Positions 1-9,215 of a stretch of 64,000 nucleotides of DNA are shown here, one piece after another. The stretch comes from an uncultured Deinococcaceae bacterium (lineage in GTDB: Bacteria; Deinococcota; Deinococci; Deinococcales; Deinococcaceae): the NCBI GenBank assembly GCA_964252075.1, contig CAXULY010000005.1, positions 64,001 through 128,000 on the forward strand, written 5' to 3'. The translations under genes and the position numbers were made by a program. The notes under the pieces are model-generated. The model saw only the letters and a program-made list of their open reading frames with translations. It was not told the origin of the DNA and did not search any database. Within the stretch, counting starts at the first letter, position 1. Each line of letters starts with the position of its first letter.

Positions 1-815
1 TCCTGATCCCGGTGCTGGACGACAGCAAGCACTACTACGTGGATGAGGCGGAGATCGACAAGCTGCTGCGGCACGGTGCGGGCTGGCTCGAAGCGCACCC
101 CGAGCGCGACCTGATCACGCGGCGCTTTCTCAAGCACCGCCGCGCCCTGCAGCGGGCCGCCCAGGCCCGCTTCGAGGACGATGAGGACGAACCAGCGCCC
201 TCGCCCGCCCCGACCCTGAACGAGCAGCGCCTGGAGGCGGTCGCGGCTGAGCTCGCGGCCAGCGGGGCGCGCAGCGTGCTTGACCTCGGCTGCGGCGAAG
301 GGAACCTGCTGGCGCGGCTGCTGACGAACCGCCAATTTGAGCGGGTGCTGGGCCTGGATGTGAGTCCCCGCGCGCTGGACCGGGCCCGCACCCGACTGGG
401 ACTGGAGGAGCTGCCGGATGCCCAGCGCGCCCGGATCTCGCTCGTGCAGGGCAGCCTGACCTACCGCGACGAGCGCCTCCTGGGTTTCGACGCGGCGGCG
501 CTGGTGGAGGTGATCGAGCACCTGGACGAGGGCCGCCTGTGGGCGCTGGAGCGCGCCGTGTTCGCCCACGCCCGGCCCGGCACGCTGATCGTGACGACGC
601 CGAACCAGGAGTACAACGCGCGCTTCCAGCGCCTGCCCGCGGGCGAGACCCGCCATGAGGACCACCGCTTCGAGTGGACCCGCGCTCAGTTTCAGGCCTG
701 GACCAAGCGGGTGGCTCAGGCGAACGGTTACGCCGTTGCCTTCCAGGACGTCGGTGAGCCCGACCCCCTGCTCGGGCCGCCCACGCAGATGGCGGTCTTT
801 CGGAGGATGACGTGA
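1..815 (+). CDS. hen1: Hen1 3'-terminal RNA 2'-O-methyltransferase (5'-truncated by window edge)
   Basis: Frame is open from the window start (LIPVLDDSKHYYV). SAM motif VLDLGCGEG, EVIEH, TTPN.EYN and RHEDHRFEW are Hen1 motifs; pnkp lies downstream. Confidence 0.93.
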   Translation, partial: LIPVLDDSKHYYVDEAEIDKLLRHGAGWLEAHPERDLITRRFLKHRRALQRAAQARFEDDEDEPAPSPAPTLNEQRLEAVAAELAASGARSVLDLGCGEGNLLARLLTNRQFERVLGLDVSPRALDRARTRLGLEELPDAQRARISLVQGSLTYRDERLLGFDAAALVEVIEHLDEGRLWALERAVFAHARPGTLIVTTPNQEYNARFQRLPAGETRHEDHRFEWTRAQFQAWTKRVAQANGYAVAFQDVGEPDPLLGPPTQMAVFRRMT

Positions 816-1717
816 GCGCCGCGCTGCTGCCTGCGGGCACGCACGTGGTCACGCGGGTGGCGCTGCACACGCCCGCGAACGAGGTCACCCGCCCGGCGGG
901 TGCTGTCGGCGTGGTCATCCGCGCGCCCGCCGACCCCCTCCACGCCTACCGGGTGCGCTTCCCCGACGGCGAGGAGCACAGCTTCCTGCGCCGTGAACTC
1001 GACGTCCGCAAGCACCACAAGGACCTGGACGTCCCGGAGCCCCTCGACTGGACGCGCTTCATCCAGTACCGCTGCGTGGTCGGCTCGCGCGCCTTCGGCC
1101 TCGACGGCGAAGAATCCGACACCGACCGGCGCGGCTTCTACCTGCCACCCGCCGAGGCGCACTGGAGCCTGTGGGGCGTGCCCGAACAGCTGGAGGACCA
1201 CGCGGAGCAGAGCTGCTACTGGGAACTGGGAAAGTTCCTGGCGCTCGCCCTGAAGGCCAACCCGAACATCCTGGAGTGCCTGTACACCCCGCTCATCGAG
1301 CACGCCTCCCCGCTGGCCCAGGAGCTGCTGGCGATGCGCGGGGCCTTCCTCTCCACACTGGTGTACCAGACCTACAACGGTTACGTGCTCTCGCAGTTCG
1401 CGAAGCTCGAGGCGGACCTGCGCAACCACGGCGCGCCGCGCTGGAAGCACGCCATGCACCTGATCCGGCTGCTGCTCTCGGGCATCGCGGTGCTGGAGGG
1501 CGGCGAAGTGCTGGTCCACGTCGGCGGGCAGCGGGACGCCCTGCTCGCGGTGAAGCGGGGCGAGTTGAGCTGGGCGGAGCTGAACGCCTGGCGCCTGGAC
1601 CTGCACCGCCGCTTCGACCTCGCCCTGCCGCGCAGCCGCCTGCCCGAACGACCCGACTACGCGCGTGTGAACGCCTTCCTGATCCGGGCGCGGCGCAGCA
1701 CCCTGGAGAACCCGTGA
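812..1717 (+). CDS. Pol-beta-superfamily nucleotidyltransferase (RlaP/YcgL-like) with extra N-terminal SH3-like segment
   Basis: VVGSRAFG...SDTDRRG (GS + DxD), NPNILECL, KHAMHLIRLL; GTGA overlap with hen1 stop. Confidence 0.85.
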   Translation: MSAALLPAGTHVVTRVALHTPANEVTRPAGAVGVVIRAPADPLHAYRVRFPDGEEHSFLRRELDVRKHHKDLDVPEPLDWTRFIQYRCVVGSRAFGLDGEESDTDRRGFYLPPAEAHWSLWGVPEQLEDHAEQSCYWELGKFLALALKANPNILECLYTPLIEHASPLAQELLAMRGAFLSTLVYQTYNGYVLSQFAKLEADLRNHGAPRWKHAMHLIRLLLSGIAVLEGGEVLVHVGGQRDALLAVKRGELSWAELNAWRLDLHRRFDLALPRSRLPERPDYARVNAFLIRARRSTLENP

Positions 1718-2469
1718 CCTTCCCACACGCCCTGCACGATGCCGTGCGGACCCACCCCTACCCGCTGCTGTTCGCCACGGTGAGCGGCGCGCACCTCTAC
1801 GGCTTCGCCTCGCAGGACAGCGACTGGGACCTGCGCGGCGTGCACGTCCTGCCCGCCCGCGAGGTGCTGGGCCTCGCGCCCACCCGCGACACCATCAGCG
1901 TGGACCGGGTGGAGGACAGCCTGGAGCTGGACCTCGTGACGCACGACGCCCACAAGTTCTTCGAGCTCACCCTCAAGCGCAACGGGTACGTGCTGGAACA
2001 GCTGCACTCGCCGCTGGTCGTCCACACCACCCCCGAACACGCCGAGCTGCGCACGCTGGCCTACGACTGCACGACGGTGCACCACGCGCACCACTACCTG
2101 GGCTTCTCGGCCAACCAGTGGCGGCTGTTCTCGAAAGAGACCCCACCGCGCGTGAAGCCGCTGCTCTACACGTTCCGCACACTGCTGACCGGCATCCACC
2201 TGATGCGGACGGGCGAGGTCGAGGCCAACCTGAGCGTGCTGAACGACCACTTCAGACTGACGTACCTGGACGACCTGATCGCCGTGAAGCGCGGCGGCGC
2301 TGAGAAGGAGCCGCTCCATGGCGACGTCGGCTTCTACGCGCAGGAGTACCTGCGGCTCACCGCCACCCTGGAGCAGGCGAAGGACGAGAGCCAGTTGCGC
2401 GCCGAGGTGAGCCCCGACACCAGGGCCGCCCTGAGCGACCTGCTGGTGCGCCTGCGGGGGGTGGCATGA
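1714..2469 (+). CDS. second Pol-beta-superfamily nucleotidyltransferase (RlaP/YcgL-like)
   Basis: GTG at 1714 overlaps the previous stop; TVSGAHLYGFASQDSDWDLRGVH, NGYVLEQLHSP, KPLLY. Confidence 0.85.
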   Translation: MTFPHALHDAVRTHPYPLLFATVSGAHLYGFASQDSDWDLRGVHVLPAREVLGLAPTRDTISVDRVEDSLELDLVTHDAHKFFELTLKRNGYVLEQLHSPLVVHTTPEHAELRTLAYDCTTVHHAHHYLGFSANQWRLFSKETPPRVKPLLYTFRTLLTGIHLMRTGEVEANLSVLNDHFRLTYLDDLIAVKRGGAEKEPLHGDVGFYAQEYLRLTATLEQAKDESQLRAEVSPDTRAALSDLLVRLRGVA

Positions 2470-5006
2470 CGGCCATCACCCTCCCTGAACTGTGCCTGGT
2501 GGCGCTCGTGGGCGCGTCGGGCTCCGGCAAGTCCAGCTTTGCCCAGGCGCACTTCAGGCCCGGCGAGGTGCTGTCCAGCGACGCCTTCAGACTGCTGGTG
2601 GCGGGTGACGAGAACGCCCTGGACGCCAACGAGGACACCTTCGACGCGCTCTACCACGTGGCCCGCAAGCGCCTGGCGCGCGGCCTGCTGACGGTCATCG
2701 ACGCGACGAACGTGCAGCGGGAGGCGCGCGAGGCCATCGTCTCGCTGGCGAAGGAATACGACGTGCTGCCGGTCGCCATCGCGCTCGACCTGCCCGAGGA
2801 GGTGCTGCGCGAGCGTCACCGGTCGCGCACGGACCGCCCCTTCGGCGCCCAGGTGATCGCCCGGCAGGTGGGCCAGCTGCGCCGGGGCCTCTCCAAGCTG
2901 CAGGCCGAGGGCTTCCGGCAGGTGACCGTCCTGCGCGGCGAGGCGGAGGTCGCGGCGGTCCAGATCGAGCGCACCCGCCTGTACAACGACCGGCGCGACC
3001 TGCACGGTCCCTTTGACTTCGTCGGGGACGTGCACGGCTGCCTGGACGAGCTGCGCGCCCTGCTGACCGAGCTGGGCTACAGGGTGGCCGACGACCTGAG
3101 CGTGATCCCGCCCGGGGGGCGCACGGCGGTCTTCGTGGGCGACCTGGTGGACCGCGGGCCGGACACGCCCGGCGTACTGCGGCTGGTGATGGGCATGGTG
3201 CGGGCCGGGACCGCCCTGTGCGTGCCCGGCAACCACGACGTGAAGCTGGTCAAGGCCCTGACGGGGCGCCGGGTGCAGGTCGCGCACGGCCTGGCCGAGA
3301 GCCTGGCGCAGCTGGAAGGGGCGTCGCCCGAGTTCCGGCGCGAGGTCGCGGCCTTCCTGGACGGCCTGGTGAGCCACTACGTGCTGGACGGCGGGAAGGT
3401 GGTGGTGGCGCACGCCGGGCTCAAGGAGGCCTACCAGGGCCGCGCGTCGGGGCGCGTGCGCGAGTTCGCCCTGTACGGCGAGACGAGTGGCGAGACCGAT
3501 GAGTTCGGCCTGCCCGTGCGCCACAACTGGGCGGCGGGGTACCGGGGGAGCGCCATGGTGGTCTACGGCCACACGCCGGTCGTGACGCCCGAGTGGCTGA
3601 ACCGCACGGTCGACATCGACACCGGCTGCGTGTTCGGTGGGCGGCTGACGGCCCTGCGCTACCCGGAGCTGACCTTCGTCGGCGTGCCCGCCCGCCGAAC
3701 CTACGCCGAGCCGAGGCGGCCCCTGGTCCCCCCGGGTGGCCCCACCGCCCAGCAGGTGCATGACGAGTTGCTGGACATCGCGGACGCGCTGGGGGAGCGG
3801 ACCATCGAGACCCGCCTGCGGGGCCGCGTCAAGATCCTGGCGGCGGAGGCGGCCGAGGCCGTCGAGGCGGTCAGCCGCTTCGCGGTGGACCCCCGCTGGC
3901 TGGTGTACCTGCCGCCCACCATGTCGCCCAGCGAGACCAGCCTGCGGGACGGGTACCTGGAGTACCCGAGCGAGGCCTTCGAGCACCATCGCCGCGCCGG
4001 GGTGGAGCAGGTGGTGTGCGAGGAGAAGCACATGGGTTCGCGCGCCGTGCTGATCGTGACCCGGGACGACGCGGTGGCGGGGCGGCGCTTCGGGCTCCCA
4101 GACGGGGGCCCCGGCGTGGTGTACACCCGCAGCGGGCGGCGCTTCTTCGAGGACCGCGCGCTGGAGGAGGCCGTATTGCAGCGCGTGCGGGCGGCCATGA
4201 CCACCAGCGACCTGTGGGCCGGGCTGAACACCGACTGGGTGCTGCTGGACGCCGAACTGCTGCCGTGGTCCCTCAAGGCCGAGCCGCTCATCCGGCGTCA
4301 GTACGCGGCGGTCGGCGCGGCGGCCGCCGCGACCCTCCCCGCCGAACGGGCCGCGTTGGAGGCCGCGGTGGCCCGTGGCCTGCCGCTGGGTGAGACCCTG
4401 GCGCGGACCCGTGAGCGCGAGGAGATGACCGGCGCTTACGTGGAGGCCTACCGCCGCTACGTGCAGCGGGTCCGCTCCATCGCCGACCTGCGCGTGGCGC
4501 CCTTCCACCTGCTGGCCAGCGAGGGCGCGCTGCACACGGACCAGGACCACCTGTGGCACCTGGAGCGGCTGGCCCGGCTCGCGGCGGCCGACCCCGACCT
4601 GATCACCGCCACCGCCCACCGCACCGTGGACCTGAACAACCCGGAGGATGTGCAGGCCGCGGAACGCTGGTGGTTGGACCTGACGGCGGCGGGCGGCGAG
4701 GGCATGGTGGTGAAGCCCCGCTGGTTCGTGGCGCGCGGCCCGAAGGGACTGGTGCAGCCCGCCGTGAAGGTGCGCGGCCGGGAGTACCTGCGGATCATCT
4801 ATGGCCCTGAATACACCGCCCCGGAGCACCTGGAGCGACTGCGGGCGCGCGGCCTGAGTAGCAAGCGTGCACTGGCGCTCAAGGAGTTCGCGCTGGGCGC
4901 CGAGGGCCTCCAACGCTTCGTGGACAAAGAGCCCCTGCGGCGCGTGCACGAGTGCGCCCTCGGGGTGCTGGCCCTGGAAAGCGAACCCCTCGACCCGCGC
5001 CTGTAG
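2466..5006 (+). CDS. pnkp: polynucleotide kinase-phosphatase-ligase Pnkp
   Basis: P-loop GASGSGKS; metallophosphoesterase GDVHG/GDLVDRG/GNHD/YGHTP; ligase motifs EEKHMGSR and GEGMVVKP; C-terminal DPRL. Confidence 0.95.
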   Translation: MTAITLPELCLVALVGASGSGKSSFAQAHFRPGEVLSSDAFRLLVAGDENALDANEDTFDALYHVARKRLARGLLTVIDATNVQREAREAIVSLAKEYDVLPVAIALDLPEEVLRERHRSRTDRPFGAQVIARQVGQLRRGLSKLQAEGFRQVTVLRGEAEVAAVQIERTRLYNDRRDLHGPFDFVGDVHGCLDELRALLTELGYRVADDLSVIPPGGRTAVFVGDLVDRGPDTPGVLRLVMGMVRAGTALCVPGNHDVKLVKALTGRRVQVAHGLAESLAQLEGASPEFRREVAAFLDGLVSHYVLDGGKVVVAHAGLKEAYQGRASGRVREFALYGETSGETDEFGLPVRHNWAAGYRGSAMVVYGHTPVVTPEWLNRTVDIDTGCVFGGRLTALRYPELTFVGVPARRTYAEPRRPLVPPGGPTAQQVHDELLDIADALGERTIETRLRGRVKILAAEAAEAVEAVSRFAVDPRWLVYLPPTMSPSETSLRDGYLEYPSEAFEHHRRAGVEQVVCEEKHMGSRAVLIVTRDDAVAGRRFGLPDGGPGVVYTRSGRRFFEDRALEEAVLQRVRAAMTTSDLWAGLNTDWVLLDAELLPWSLKAEPLIRRQYAAVGAAAAATLPAERAALEAAVARGLPLGETLARTREREEMTGAYVEAYRRYVQRVRSIADLRVAPFHLLASEGALHTDQDHLWHLERLARLAAADPDLITATAHRTVDLNNPEDVQAAERWWLDLTAAGGEGMVVKPRWFVARGPKGLVQPAVKVRGREYLRIIYGPEYTAPEHLERLRARGLSSKRALALKEFALGAEGLQRFVDKEPLRRVHECALGVLALESEPLDPRL

Positions 5007-5065
5007 GCGCGCAGGGATCAGGCGCCTGCTCCATCTGGACGAGGCGCTTGGCGCATCCTGGGCGC

Positions 5066-5854
5066 ATGGCCCCTTCGCGCCTGTACGCCACGCCCCTCCG
5101 CACCGCCGACCTCCCCGATGAGGTCCGGGTGGTGCTTGACGACACACCCCTGCAGGAACCACCGCAGCAGGGTCGCACCTCCCGCGTCGCCTTCGCCCGC
5201 GACGCCAGCGGCGACCCCGTCGTACTCAAACGCTCGGTTGGGCCCCACCTCGCCGTGCTCCGGCATGAGCACCGTGCGCTGGGCGCCCTCCATCCGCTCG
5301 GCGTGCCCGCACCGGAGCCGCTGCTGTTCCTCGAGCGTCCCACCGCCCTCGGCCCGGAGGGCTGGCTCGTGACGCGCCTCCTGCCTGGCACGACGCTGGA
5401 GGCAGAGCTCCGCGCCGAGCAGGACCCGGGCCGACGCGCGTCGCTCCTCATGGACTTCGGCGCGGCCCTGGCGCGGCTGCACGCCACGCCGCCCCCGCCC
5501 GGCTTCGGCAGCCACGACTGGCTCGAGCAGTTCCTGGCGACCGCGAGCCGTCTGAACCCCACGGCGACCGCGAGCCGCCTGGAGCGGCTTCACCATGCAC
5601 GACCCGCGCCAAGGGCCAAGGCCTTGATCCATAGTGACCTGTTTCTGGACAACGTCATGACGACCACCGGGCGCGTGATGGGCTTCATTGACTGGGCGTT
5701 CGCCGATGTGGGCGACCCCCGCTTCGACGTCGCGGTGGCGACGCACGACCTGACGGAGACCGATCGGGAGGCCTTCGCGCAGGGGTATGGGCCGACCGCG
5801 CGGCTGACGGCCGAGGAAGCCGCGTTCTTCGTCGAGGTGGCGCTGCTCTTCTGA
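5066..5854 (+). CDS. aminoglycoside phosphotransferase (APH)-family kinase
   Basis: LIHSDLFLDNVM Brenner motif, FIDWAFA, GDPRFD. Confidence 0.8.
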   Translation: MAPSRLYATPLRTADLPDEVRVVLDDTPLQEPPQQGRTSRVAFARDASGDPVVLKRSVGPHLAVLRHEHRALGALHPLGVPAPEPLLFLERPTALGPEGWLVTRLLPGTTLEAELRAEQDPGRRASLLMDFGAALARLHATPPPPGFGSHDWLEQFLATASRLNPTATASRLERLHHARPAPRAKALIHSDLFLDNVMTTTGRVMGFIDWAFADVGDPRFDVAVATHDLTETDREAFAQGYGPTARLTAEEAAFFVEVALLF

Positions 5855-6062
5855 GCTTCAGTCCCTGGCCGACACGCGGTAGTGGCTCCTCATCCTTGCA
5901 AGAACGCTTTGGCGATCCTTCCCCATGCGCGCGATTCAAGCTTCTGTGCCGCAAACCTACGCAGAGAACCGCATTCTGGTCGCTGTCTACATGCAGACGA
6001 AGTATTGAAAAGATATTACGCATGGGGGCGTACCCCACTTCACCCACTGGGAAAGCGCACCG

Positions 6063-6368
6063 TTAGGTGCCATCTTCACCAGCGCCGCTGATCAGTCCAC
6101 CATGTACCGTCAACGGTCCGTCCACGGCCATGCCCTCCAGCAGCGTGATGGTGGGTTCAAGCGCCTCGCGTTCCTTACTGTCCTCTACCAGCGTTAGCGC
6201 GTTGTGGAGAATCTCGAGGCCGGGCCGCAACGCTGCGTGCATGGCAGACACCACGGCCTGTTCGCGGTCCATCTCCTCCTCCAGCACCTTGCCTTGCTGA
6301 GCCAGAATGTCGCGATAGACGCACGCTAGCTCGTCGTGCGCCGCCACGTGGCTCAATTTGGACGTCAT
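6063..6368 (-). CDS. hypothetical protein (helical)
   Basis: 101-aa ORF; ATGA overlap with the upstream ORF. Confidence 0.55.
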   Translation of the reverse strand: MTSKLSHVAAHDELACVYRDILAQQGKVLEEEMDREQAVVSAMHAALRPGLEILHNALTLVEDSKEREALEPTITLLEGMAVDGPLTVHGGLISGAGEDGT

Positions 6369-7675
6369 CGGTCTGAAAGAAACGGCTTAATTATTTTAGC
6401 GATTTCATGCGCAATCGGACGCGCTTGATGGAGCTCTTGCTTTGCAAGCTTTTTCTTGCCGCGTTTGTAATAAATCAGAACGTTTTCCAAATACTTAGAA
6501 ACTTCCGCTGCTTTATCTGGGTCAATTCGTCGGTCCACATGCCAGTTCGCATTTTTAACCATCATCTGCCAATTTTGCCGTTCCAGCAGCTTCAGCCGCT
6601 CACCAACTATGTCTTGGAACAACTCAAGCAACTTGGGATTCGCAAAGGACGCGGGGTATCCAGTCCGGGGCGTGTGAACCGTCTTTTTCGACAGTGAGAA
6701 TTTGGTGAGATCCTCCTCGCGGACGATCGGCGGTAGACTGTCGGGCAAGCCGCCCATGAACTGCTCAATGGTGGGGGCTCGAATGATGTATCGTCCGGCG
6801 TCGAATGGGTCTGGGAGGACGCAAACCAGGGTGTAGATCGGGTGCTTTGTCGTTTCCCTGAGGCGCGCACCTCCTTCGGCATCCAGCTCCCGGATGACGA
6901 CATCGTCCGTCCCCGGGTGGCTGACGTACCCGATGAGCGGCCCCTGGGTCCATTCGGGTTGTGTCGGCCGACACCTAAGGTCGTGCTCCAGCTCGCGCCA
7001 AGTGACACTGGACTTGATGGCGGCGTTGATGAAACTGCGGCGCGAGGAGTAGCCGGATCGGCAGTGGTGCAGGCGGTACCGCTCCCCGTGTCGTTCGGTC
7101 AGCATCATGTCCCCCGAGAGCGGGACGTGGAGGACGACCGGGGTGCCGCAGAGTCGGCAATGCTGTGGATAGAACAGGCCCCGCTTCAAACGGTTGTCTC
7201 GCACGATCGCGGGCAGGAATTCCAGGGTGGTCTGCCGCCGATCGTAGTAGCCGCTCAGGACGGCCGTCGGGATATGGGTGGTGCTGGCGTAGCTGCTCTG
7301 GCCGCCTTTGTCCTGAACGTCCTCAGCGATTCGTTCCAGCAGTTTTAGGAAGTGCAGTGGGGCTGACTCTAGCCAGGATCGGTATCGGCCTGGGGAAGTA
7401 CTGAGGCTGAGCGTGTAATTCGGGCACTCGTGCTTGGGCCAGGGCCAGCCCCACTCGTCGAACAGGACGACACTCCCATAATGGTTCATATAAATGTAGA
7501 TGGGTTGCCCACAATGCCAGCAGTCAGTCGGGATACGTACTGATTGCCCACGTCGCGCTAGGGTGCTTTCTAGGAGCGCCACTGGCCCAAAGTTCCCGCC
7601 ACCGCCGATGCCTAAGTGTCCCTCGCCGCCCCAGCCGCAGGTACAGCCCGGTGGATGGTTCCACGCATTGCACAT
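6365..7675 (-). CDS. hypothetical Cys/His-rich protein
   Basis: Long ORF in lower-GC DNA; probable start MCNAWNHPPGCTCGWGG; CxxC...WPKHEC motif and a degenerate second copy. Confidence 0.7.
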   Translation of the reverse strand: MCNAWNHPPGCTCGWGGEGHLGIGGGGNFGPVALLESTLARRGQSVRIPTDCWHCGQPIYIYMNHYGSVVLFDEWGWPWPKHECPNYTLSLSTSPGRYRSWLESAPLHFLKLLERIAEDVQDKGGQSSYASTTHIPTAVLSGYYDRRQTTLEFLPAIVRDNRLKRGLFYPQHCRLCGTPVVLHVPLSGDMMLTERHGERYRLHHCRSGYSSRRSFINAAIKSSVTWRELEHDLRCRPTQPEWTQGPLIGYVSHPGTDDVVIRELDAEGGARLRETTKHPIYTLVCVLPDPFDAGRYIIRAPTIEQFMGGLPDSLPPIVREEDLTKFSLSKKTVHTPRTGYPASFANPKLLELFQDIVGERLKLLERQNWQMMVKNANWHVDRRIDPDKAAEVSKYLENVLIYYKRGKKKLAKQELHQARPIAHEIAKIIKPFLSDR

Positions 7676-7921
7676 ATGGCGCTCATCATAAACACGTTGG
7701 CTTGCAATGCTGTCACAGCGATTAGGAAGTAGGCCGCGACCGACCATATTGACCTGTAGCAGAAGGAGAGGGGGCACATATCAAAGATCCGTTCACTTGT
7801 CTGTCTATGACCGTCATGCCTTCTGCACCGGCATCAAGTAGGGCAGGCCTTCGAAGCGGCGCTCCAGCAGTCCACTCCGAAGACCTTCACTGTTCTTGCA
7901 TACAGTGGCCCGCCCCGCAGG

Positions 7922-8146
7922 TCAGGACCGCTTAGCCTCGATGGTTCCCCGCCGAGCCAAGAAAACATCCAGGTCTTCGGGGAGGATGCGCACGAGGTTC
8001 TCGCCCAGGCGGAGGGCAGTGAGCTTCTCGTCCCGCACCCAGCGCCGCACGGTGTCCTCGTGCACCTTGAGGTGGAGCGCCACGTCGTGGTAGGTCAGGG
8101 CGGTGGTCCGGGGGTCCAGGTAGTGGTAGAGGTCGCGCTTCGGCAT
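7922..8146 (-). CDS. excisionase-like helix-turn-helix DNA-binding protein
   Basis: LTYHDVALHLKVHEDTVRRWVRDEKLTALRLG..VRI, the Xis/HTH_17 pattern. Confidence 0.8.
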   Translation of the reverse strand: MPKRDLYHYLDPRTTALTYHDVALHLKVHEDTVRRWVRDEKLTALRLGENLVRILPEDLDVFLARRGTIEAKRS

Positions 8147-8225
8147 ACCTGTACTGTGGGAGGGGCGTGGGGCATGGGGCAGCAGGCACCCGCACCGACC
8201 CACCCGGACCTGCAATCAGATCTGG

Positions 8226-8239
8226 TGCCCCGCGGGGCA
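8226..8239. repeat. palindrome TGCCCCGCGGGGCA, copy 1
   Basis: Perfect 14-bp palindrome 3 nt beyond the stop of the left HNH-AP2 gene. Confidence 0.9.
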
Positions 8240-8242
8240 TGG

Positions 8243-8707
8243 TTAGGGGAGGGGAAAGTTCACGGCTGGGAGGCCTGCCGCGATCAGGGCCGCATCGTAC
8301 GACCGCGCCGCCGATTCCATGTCGGGGAACAGGCCTAGGTGCGTCTGCCTGGACTCACCGGGGAGCGTGATGACGGCCCGGTACCGCTGGCCATGTGGGC
8401 CCACACCGATGAAGCGGCCCTGTGCACGCTTCTGCTTGCGGCCCCTGGGGTGGGCGACGAGGTTACTCCGCCGAAAGTCCATGCGGTCGCCGTTGGCGTG
8501 GCGCCAGCACATCCCCTCTGGAGCGGGACCTAACAGGAAGGTGGCAAGGGTCTGCCCCCGGACCCGGCCGTTCAGTCGGTAGCTGCGCTTGATGTTCCCG
8601 AGGCGCGCGAGGTGCCAGGCGTGTAGGGCAGCCCGATCATGGTCAGGAGCGTCGAGGAGGCACGGGACATTGGAGTTGCGGAGCTGGAGTCGAGTGGTGG
8701 GCGTCAT
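8243..8707 (-). CDS. HNH-AP2 domain protein with degenerate HNH motif
   Basis: WRHANGDRMDFRRSNL (degenerate HNH); AP2 FIGV...YRAVI...HLGLF...AARSYD...NFP. Confidence 0.8.
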   Translation of the reverse strand: MTPTTRLQLRNSNVPCLLDAPDHDRAALHAWHLARLGNIKRSYRLNGRVRGQTLATFLLGPAPEGMCWRHANGDRMDFRRSNLVAHPRGRKQKRAQGRFIGVGPHGQRYRAVITLPGESRQTHLGLFPDMESAARSYDAALIAAGLPAVNFPLP

Positions 8708-8821
8708 GCCCCAGATTGTGTCAGGCCTAGGATACAGGCGTCCTGGACCGCCGCTGTGGATGGCGGAGGCCTGCGTTCCCCTCATGGTGCAGGTGTGAGC
8801 GGTTTCGACCCACCCCCCCGG

Positions 8822-9076
8822 TTACCCTGGTGCGGTGCCGTCTGGGTCGAACTCGAACAGGTCATTGAACAGCACGTCCTCGCCGGTCAACTTCCGCAGG
8901 GCCACCAGCAGGGCCGCCAGCGTCGGGAAGTCAATGCGCGCGAGTTCGTCGCCCTTGCGCAACAGACGATAGACAGTGCTTCGACTCAATGCTGGTGATG
9001 TTTCAGCAACCACACGGCTGGCCGCCAACCCGTGTAAGTGGAGAAACTCTTCTAGCTTGATGCGGACTACGGCCAT
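8822..9076 (-). CDS. Cro/CI-type HTH regulator (probable repressor)
   Basis: LSRSTVYRL...RIDFPTLAAL...NDLFEF; divergent from the rightward operon. Confidence 0.75.
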   Translation of the reverse strand: MAVVRIKLEEFLHLHGLAASRVVAETSPALSRSTVYRLLRKGDELARIDFPTLAALLVALRKLTGEDVLFNDLFEFDPDGTAPG

Positions 9077-9124
9077 CAGTGTGGGCAGCATATCAAGGCA
9101 AGAATGTAATGGCACTTGCCGCTT

Positions 9125-9142
9125 TGTATGACTAGTGATACA
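9125..9142. promoter_or_regulatory. candidate operator TGTATGACTAGTGATACA
   Basis: 18-bp dyad (8 of 9 pairs) in the divergent intergenic region. Confidence 0.4.
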
Positions 9143-9215
9143 GTCCGGTAACCGGGAAGGGTCGGGCCTAGGAAACCTATGGCCCTCCCCGGAACCCAAC
9201 TGCAAGGAGTGGATC

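Noticed and set aside
2334..5162. Long antisense ORFs (942 aa here, also 38349-40241, 55591-57066 and others)
   Set aside because: Shadow ORFs of high-GC genes on the opposite strand, with no motifs.
5831..5842. GTCGAGGTGGCG resembles the tRNA-Pro 3' end (GTCGAGGCGGCG) in the right orientation near the composition shift, so a possible second att site
   Set aside because: Only 11 of 12 nt in GC-rich DNA, inside a coding sequence, with no CCA or T-arm match; likely chance.
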